Positions 55,236 through 64,000 of a stretch of DNA of 64,000 nt are shown here, one piece after another; within the stretch, counting starts at the first letter, position 1; the number at the start of each line of letters is the position of its first letter. Source of the DNA: Octopus vulgaris (Eukaryota); the NCBI GenBank assembly GCA_951406725.2, contig OX597814.1:149172001-149236000 (forward strand), given 5' to 3'. The notes beneath the pieces were generated by a model that saw nothing but the letters and a program-made list of their open reading frames with translations, searched no databases and was not told the DNA's origin. The position numbers were made by a program, and so were the translations under genes.

Positions 55236-58200
55236 TGTTTTTTTTATCATTTATTCTCACTGTGGTGGAATGTATATTCAAATACAGTAGTGGTTCCCAA
55301 CAATACATCTGGTAGTAGTAAAATAGGAGACACAAGAAGTAGCGGTTGCAGCAACACCATTGATTGTAGCAGTAACATATGGAGCAGTAATAGTTCCTGT
55401 TGCAACAATACCACTGGAAGTTTCAGCAATAATACGTGAAGCAGAAGTCGCTGTGTTTTGCAGCAGTAGAATCATTTACTGGTTCAACTGCATGCTTTGT
55501 CATTGTCAGCTGCAGTTGTGCCTCTAGCAGTAATAACATTAATTATTTGCAGCAAAGACGAATTCTTAAAGCCGCAGTAGAAAGTGAAGTAGTAGTTGCA
55601 TGAAATTACTCTGCAGTGGTAGCTGCACTAATATCTCAGCAGAAAATATACTCTAATAATCACATTAATTACAGTGTTAGGCGAACAAACATTCTTTTTA
55701 AATATTTACAGTAGAGGCTGCAAAATAAATGTTGTTATATACTGCAGCAGCTTTCGCACAGTTGGAGCCACTTCAAGTATGCTTGCAGCAGATATAACAT
55801 GGTTTCGTGAAGTAGTATTTAGAGTAGAAGCTGCATTAATTAGCGCATCTAAAGAAATAATATTGCAGTAATCTATTTAAAATGGATACAGCAATATTAT
55901 ACGTTAGTGCAAAAAAGATCTGCTAACAGATATAGCTTTATCTTCAGTTTTAGGCGACATTAGATATTCTTTTGTGATGTTTTGTTTAGTTTCTACTTGT
56001 ATATGCAAATATAGATGCATTAATTAAAGTGCAAGCTGAACCAAAAACTGCAGTTGAATAATTGAAGTTGAGGCTGCATTAACTGTCACTGAAGCAGTAT
56101 ATTCAGCCTATGCTTTAGTGTATCTGTAGGTTCGTGCAAATGCAAATATCAGACATTGTTGTAGTAGAAATAGCATGTTCTCTATATCTGCAATTATGCC
56201 TACGATTTGTGTGACTTCAGCCATGCTACTATAAGACAAAATATATATATATATCTCCCAACCAGCTTAGTTAAATTTAATTGTAAGATGCTACGAAAAG
56301 ATAAATCTTTGTCACTACGAGCAGCTGCAGTAACCTGTAATTGAGTGTCTTCGTCATTTACGTTTCTGAGTTCATAGAAATAAGTTAGGAAGATATTGGG
56401 CTCAAAAATGTGTTTGTACAATTTATAAGTATAGTGCAAGAGAAATTCTTGAGAGAGGTTTCATAAGATGTAACATAAAAAAATATGGTATATGATTGAT
56501 TGTATAGACACTGATTCATTCACTGCTTCTGCAACAGAATTGAAATGCAAATATATTACCATGAAACTTCAGGTGTAGTAGTTGCTTTTAAAATTGTTCG
56601 TTTTGTTGCTTAGCCTAAAGTTGTCTAACCGATCAGATATGAATTCATATTATTAATGCAACTATTGTTGATTTGTAGTAATGTTTCCAACTTCTTTGGA
56701 ATTTTACTGAATCGGAGAAAAACATCACCAAATACAATTCATATTATCCAATGTTATTTGTTTAAGACGGTATGGCATAAGTGGAAAGAGATCTGGTTAC
56801 CAACTACAGCAGGTTAATTGACCATGCAGAGTTACTTTCGTTTTAGCTGTTGCTGCTTTATTTGATTTCATATCTTATAAGATGTCACGAATAATATATT
56901 CGCCTTGTATTTGAATAAAGTATACTCCGTAATAGTTTTACTTTGTCAGGTTCATGATCTGTTTAAAGGGTCTAGATTTGAGCTCAACAATGCCTCATCT
57001 TCAAGTGGCCCCAATCCAAATGTGTCTCTCAATACTGCATGTGAAATCTCATATTTCTCAATAGCTTCGCTAGATCGTCAATTTCATATTGTTCTGTCAA
57101 TAACATTCGTGGAGTTTTCTGCATTTGCACCATTAATATCGTGTATTATTCCTAATGATAATACGCTGCTGCTGCTGCTGTTAAGATAGCTAATATAGTG
57201 GGCCTTTAAAATCATTTTCATATTTACTTAGCAACTGAAAGTAAAACTAAACTACTTGGAGCTTGTTCATTATTCTGAGCATTTACAATGAATAATTGAG
57301 ACAACTCACATTACTACAATGCTACAAACTGTAGCTCTAACGTTATATTTCCGTTTTGCACTTGTCCGGACTAGACGAAAGGGGCAATTCGATGGCCTTT
57401 GCAAGGTGTCTGAGATAAATAACACTGATCCAGTGAGTGCTCCGTTTAAGCTCTTGGAACGCAACACTTGCAGAAAAGACATGGACAGAGAGGAGATTCC
57501 AGGAGGCCCTTAATTTTTTTCTGGCCTTAATGAGAATAGTTACGCAATAGGATGCGGTTCTCGTTATGTTAATGATCCAATTTCGGAAAGTTACTCGGTT
57601 TTAGTGAACCTAACATTATGTGTGAAAGTGAAGGCTTTAGATGAATGCTGCTCTTGTTTCGGAGTGTGGTGCGTTGGCATTTACTTAAGTTCATTAATAC
57701 GACTTTATCAGATTCGCTTTAAATACTGGATGATGTTACTTTTGTTAGTGTTAGCTCTAGCAGTATTCAATAAAGTAACTCGCTGCAGTTCTGTTTCACA
57801 GTTCTTTACAGTTTATCGCATTGTATTTTTCATGACCAAGCCATAGGAAAAGAGTGTACTCGATTTCCCACTGTATGGCTCAGGTAACAGACGTTTGTAG
57901 TTTTTAATCTCATATGGCATAGATATATCGCATGAATCAAAATTTTCCGATAATACTGTGTAGCTCATTAGGTTATAAGATTTGTTACAATATACAAAAA
58001 ATAGTTTATTAAAACACGTAAACATCAATCAATTTCAACTCCTAAAATCCCCTACCGCAAAACTCTAAATGTAATCCATCTGAGCAATGCTTCAGACTTG
58101 CACGGCATCCCACTTACAAAGAATATCCAACACATTCTTCTTAAGAATGAATACGAAATACTTCTCTACAAAACCAAAACTCTCCAAGATTTAAAATTTT

Positions 58201-59039
58201 CCTATTTTCATGTCAGTTGTACCCGTCATATTCTATCATTTCTAACTTAGATCAAAAAGCCCTTCAAAGTCCTCACGAAACATTCAGACCCAGTCGTTAT
58301 CACACACGTCCTTCCACCATCCTCCACGGAGCGGTAGGACGACTTCCAAACCTTTATGAATGACTTAGAGATATAACTATAACACAAAGCAACAGCTGCA
58401 ACATCCATGATTCAGACTGAGTGACCTTGCTAGCATATATCTTGCTTCCGCTAATTATTTTGGGTTCCTATCTTGTCACGAAAAAGCTTCAAACTTGTCC
58501 CAGTGTACCAACCGGGATGTGAACGCTGAAGAGAAGGAAATAGCATGAGAGAAGGGAGTGTGTGTGTGTGTGTGTGTTTGTGTGTGTGTATGTGCGTGTG
58601 TGTGTGTGTGCGTATGAGAGTGCCTGCGTGCATGTGTACACGTGTGCTGTTAGTCGTTAAAGCTGATAAGACTGAAACAAAGTTAAAAGAAATTCCTAAC
58701 TCGACGACCGGGCACACAATTTAGTCCAGGTATTAAACTCACGACCTAACACAGCAGCCTAAACGTCAGGCTCCTTTACAACAGATAATATTAATACAAC
58801 CAATCACTGAACTCACCAACAAAAACATACAATACACAGAAAAGACATTTCGATTGCGCACAGAAGACTTCGTAAACAAAATGGAAAGTCAAAAATTCAA
58901 AGAAACTTGAAAGGCATCCTATTTGGCGAAAGAAAAGAGAGAAAAATGTGACATGTAAATAGCAGAATAGACCGAAAATGAATTACGATAGCATCTCCTG
59001 GAATAACTTTGATGAGAAATCTACTACATCAGATTTAAA

Positions 59040-59260
59040 AGCGTAAAGTTCTTTCCCGAATCATATAGACGCATAGGACCAGTTTCCAGGTTTCCATGGC
59101 GTATATATCTCCCACTTGGACGAAACACCGGTCTGCAGCAGGATTATTCGTTTTTGCCAGTTGAGTGGACTGGAGCAACGTGAAATTAAGTGTTTTTGTT
59201 CAAGAACACAACCCGTCACGCAATCTACAATCTACAACGCCCAAACCACTAAGACACTAG
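59040..59260 (-). mobile_element. SINE-like fragment (third family)
   Basis: Minus TTGAACAAAAACACTTAATTTCACGTTGCTCCAGTCCACTCAACTGGC resembles a SINE central domain. Confidence 0.5.
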
Positions 59261-60044
59261 CCCCCACTACATCAGGTTTGGTCTGGGCAAACAAAACAGC
59301 AAAGCGTTCAGAACTAACTGGATACCGGTGGGAGTACAGATTTTTAATGTACACTGCTATCCAGACATTTAACTGTTCATTTTCAAAGTCAGCAGAATAT
59401 CCTTCAGTATTTTCTCTATATTATTCAACTTTTTTCCATTCGATTTGCATAACTTTGGTTCATAAGCGTAAATCAAACATTACTTTGACATAACTTTCAT
59501 CGCTTTAATGACAACATCTGGAAGTAGATAAGGCACTAATATAGCAGCATTTAAGGTCTATTTGCTTCATGTTTACGTTTTACCGAATGTGAGAGACGAA
59601 CAGAGGAGGAGAGAAGAATGCAACATATATGCAAGCTCAACATATGTGCAACTTAAAAGAAATATGTAAATATGTATTATGTTTATGTATATATATAACA
59701 ATCTACCTATCACTTACCTACCTACCTACCAACCTACCTACCTACATACATACCTACCTACCTACCTACCTACCTACATACATACAAACATACATACATG
59801 TATACACACATACAGAAATACCTATATGTATGTGTATATGTGTATATATTTGCTCAAGTACTGTGTGTTCATCTCATACATTTATATCGTCATTACATTT
59901 TCAACGACGAAGAACCCAATATCCAGGATAACGAAGATTCGAGGTCTTTCATAATATATTTAATGTCTCTCGCTCTCACTCTCTCTCTCTTTCTCTTTCT
60001 CTCTCTCTCTACATGCATACATAAATGCATACATATATAACTAT

Positions 60045-60086
<42 letters not shown>

Positions 60087-60284
60087 TTTATATATAGATG
60101 TATATAGATGTATATAATACGTATATATTTTATACTTATATATATACATATCTATATATACATATATATACTCATATATGAATATATACATATACATACA
60201 TGCATACATACATACATACATACATACATACATACATACATACATGCATACATACATACATACATACATACATACATACATACA

Positions 60285-60318
<34 letters not shown>

Positions 60319-60599
60319 CATACATACATACATACATACGTTCGTAAGCCACCTGCTTGTGATTAGAGAAAGAACTGGCAGATATCTCATTATTTACGGC
60401 GCGCCAAACTGGTTGGATGATATATTTTTGTATCTCAGCAAATACAAATAAAGCGACAAAATAGATAATATTAAAGAATAATAAAAGGAAAACGTAAATT
60501 GAACTTTTCTCTCCGACATTAACCGACCCCTAATGAGCTTAGAAATAAAATAGTTACATTAAATATGTGACATTGATAATGTTCATACTATTAGAGATA

Positions 60600-61400
60600 A
60601 ATCAGATAATCGAGAGTGCCCTCCTCATCGATCGCAAATAATGGCAAATAATTGGAGCCCCTGAAGAGGAGCACTAGCCCAAAGAAGATACAATTGGAGG
60701 CATCGTCAAATGCTTTAAGAGATCGTAAACGTGATGAATACTGTAAGAGTAAAACCCATAGCATCAGAATCTCCAGCGGCACGAAGCAAGTGATCATGAC
60801 TAGGGGCAGCTTTACCATACGTGACACGGGAATGGGGTCTCTTACGTGGTGCAGATGACTGGGATTAACAAAAGAAACAAAAACCATCAAGAAGAGTGGT
60901 TTGAGGCCGGATATCTTACTCCATTCTAGTTCATCAAAACAACTGATTTTGAACAAACTGACATTTGAAAGTGAAATAAACGTAAACGTATTTCAGGCCG
61001 AAAACTTCCCAAGTCTTGTCAACAACCAAAGTAAGTCCAGCATCCGGATCGAGGTTTTCACCATAGAATTTTGGAGCCAGAGGTTTTGTGGTCAAATCTG
61101 CTTGCTAGCATCTCTAGGATTAATAGGACCGAAGCCTTAAAGGAGTTCGAGAAGGAACAAACACGACCTCCATAACGAGTGAAGGCAACACTTTCATATT
61201 TTAATACTAAGGGAAGTAACTCTGTGCGAGTCATTCTGGTAGCACTGATGTTTCACCGCTACTGTAACAACCGTTCTTTCTTATTTAAGTATAGGTTTCA
61301 TAGCTGGGTCATCAAAGAGGACTTCGAACAAAATGGAGCATCTAAGCGCTCATACGCTACCTAGATGTAGCCTGCTCTCTTAATGGCCGAAAAATTTTCC
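60600..61400 (-). mobile_element. Highly degraded Tx1/L1-like LINE 3' region
   Basis: GC-richer block; **TRME read as decayed WWTRM; 3' UTR motif CTCTCGATTATC shared with 37681. Confidence 0.45.
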
Positions 61401-62311
61401 TGGGGAGTGGCGGTGAGGAATTTCTTCTCTTAAGCTATTCTACTGTATAGGTCTTTTGTGAGTACCTTACCATTTACAGCATCTTTTAATTAAAAATTTA
61501 ATTTTGTTTTACATGAAGGTCATTAGATAGACATTACAATATTTGCATACATACCTAAGACCAGTGATCGAAATTCGCTTCGAGATGACTCGAATGCCAA
61601 TGAACTGCAAAAAACCAAAAAAAAAAAAAAAAAAAAACGAAACATCGGTTTCAAACTTTGGCGCAATGTGAGAAATTTGGGGTGAGTGGTAAAACGATTA
61701 CATCGGATCCAGCGCTCAAATGGTAATTAATTTTATCGACTCGGAAAGAACAAAAGGCAAAATCAATCACAGTTGAATTTGAGCTCAGGATATAAAAATG
61801 AACGAAATGCCTCTAAGCATTCTGCTGAGTAGGCTTAGCAATTCTGCAAGCTCAATGCCTTAAACAGCGGAACTAACGATATGCATATTCCTCGATCATC
61901 AACTAGGCAAGCTGTGGGGCTTTCTTTGAGATATTCAGTGTCTTTTGATTTAACATTTGGCGTTTTAAAGAGAATTTCCCATCCCCCAGCTAATGATCGC
62001 ATAAACATAACACGCACAGTAAGGGTGTGATATTGATAATGTTTACATCAGAGCTGCTTATAGTTCAAAGCACACTATTGCTTTGCCTGTACCGTGCTGT
62101 TGCACATCATCAGATAGACAACACTGTTTCCACATATACCTCAGAGGAGCGATTGCAATTCGCTTTGAGAAGATTCCAATGCACGAAAGCGATTAACTGC
62201 AAAAACAGCGTATTATCGATATCTAACCTTTTCAATCCACTCCGAGCTGAGGTGTTTCGTATTGTTTGGTTTATTCAGTGTTTTTTCTTTTTAAATTCAA
62301 CATCTTAAACC

Positions 62312-62353
<42 letters not shown>

Positions 62354-62461
62354 CACACGCACACACACACGCGCGTACATACGTATATGTGTGTATGGGT
62401 GTGTGTATATGTGTATAAGTACGTTTGTAAGTATACGTATATATACTTAAAGATGAACATA

Positions 62462-62530
<69 letters not shown>

Positions 62531-63580
62531 ATTTCCAGATATACATATGTATACGTACATACATTCATACACATACATACGTGTGTGTGAATATATATAT
62601 ACGTACATACATATGCATACATAAATACATGCATACAAACTTATGTACATGCATACATAGATACGTGCATACATACATGCATACATAGATACGTGCATAC
62701 ATACATACATACATACATACATACATGCATACATACATACATACATACATACATACATACATACATACATACATACATACATACATACATACATACATAC
62801 ATACATTGATGCATACATGCATCAAAAGACACACACGAACAGACAAAAATGATATAAGCTGAATATTCTATATATCTACCCATATATATTCTGGTTGATT
62901 TCTTTTTAGCAAATAAATATCTCTACATTCATCTTTCAATTTCCTTGTAATTATCTGCTCGTTCTTATTTGTTTTTGAAATCCGGATCATACGTGTAGAC
63001 GATGAATTATTATTGTTGTTGTTCTTGTTCTTCTTATTATTTTTATTCGAATTTCATAGACGATATACGAAATACAAGTGAAATTCTAATTTGTATGATT
63101 CTATTATTATCTATTCGTACCCAAACTATAAACAGAAAGATTTGTATATAAGAAAATATGTAAAAAATGAATGCACAAAGAAAACGACTGTGAGCGCACT
63201 GAGAAACGATTGTCAAATCAGATAGGAAAATTATTTCTGTGAAATAATTTATATGACATAGCATTGATATTAAGAATGCTAAGGATTTATTTAAGCTAAA
63301 CAATTTATAGTCGTCTATATATTACAAATTTCCATTTCTCTGTACCTTCTTATCTGCACGTCTCTCTATATTTCACTCAACATTCTTATGTGCTTACGTA
63401 TTCGTAAATATTATATAGATATTCAAAAATACATTCCTAGATACATACATATATACTTATATACATATATATATACATGCACACACACACATACTCAGAC
63501 ACACAGACACACACACACGCACGTACGCACACACACACATATCTATATATATGCATATATATATAGATAGATAGATAAAC

Positions 63581-63677
<97 letters not shown>

Positions 63678-63795
63678 TGAAGGTTATTCCCCACGATTTC
63701 TGTATTGTTCAAGGATTTAATTGATCAACTCATTGAATTAACATGCAAAGTACCTAAATAGATATACCTATGGACCCCATGTACATATCTATCTA

Positions 63796-64000
63796 TTAAA
63801 GGCCTTCGCTCCCAATGGAGCATAAGTCATCGATGATTTCTCTCCACTCTGCTCCTTTCTGGGCTGTCTCTCCAATATGTCCCTACTTTATGACCATTGT
63901 TTCAATATCCCGAATCCCAGCGATTTTTAGGACACTCTCTTTTTCTTTTACCGAGTAGTGTCCAGGCCTTCCTCTTTCATGTGGTTCTCAATTATCATCG
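63796..64000 (-). mobile_element. RTE-clade LINE C-terminus, runs off the window
   Basis: AWTLLGKRKRECPKNRW..ETAQKGAEWREIIDDLCSIGSEGL*. Confidence 0.7.

Noticed and set aside
55247-55475. Thr/Ala-rich mucin-like ORFs
   Set aside because: Short, surrounded by stops, derived from decayed trinucleotide repeats

Overview
AT-rich, microsatellite-saturated animal non-coding DNA. The repeat types (tRNA-derived SINEs with GGCAGGAGTGGCTGTGTGGTAAG heads, dense (TA)n/(TACA)n/(AAT)n/(TAGA)n arrays, R4/Dong, CR1, RTE, Tx1 and Penelope-like remnants) resemble cephalopod (Octopus-like) genomes; this is recalled resemblance, not a database result. I found no intact host gene, rRNA, tRNA or CRISPR, and most listed ORFs are microsatellite translations. 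The window is a nested mobile-element graveyard: several R4/Dong LINE remnants in (AAT)n tracts, CR1/RTE/Tx1 3' ends, two Penelope-like (PLE) GIY-YIG fragments, a deleted mariner, a complete non-autonomous Helitron and a Mutator-like foldback element with internal TTAGGG repeats. The most interesting signals are: (i) several minimal hammerhead-ribozyme motifs in short non-coding PLE-type inserts within microsatellites, several with a U4C core variant; (ii) a recurrent fold-back architecture of these inserts; (iii) an ~860-bp non-coding partial-tandem element; (iv) a ~620-bp non-coding element always embedded in (AAT)n, a candidate R4/Dong passenger. One isolated candidate exon was noted at low confidence.
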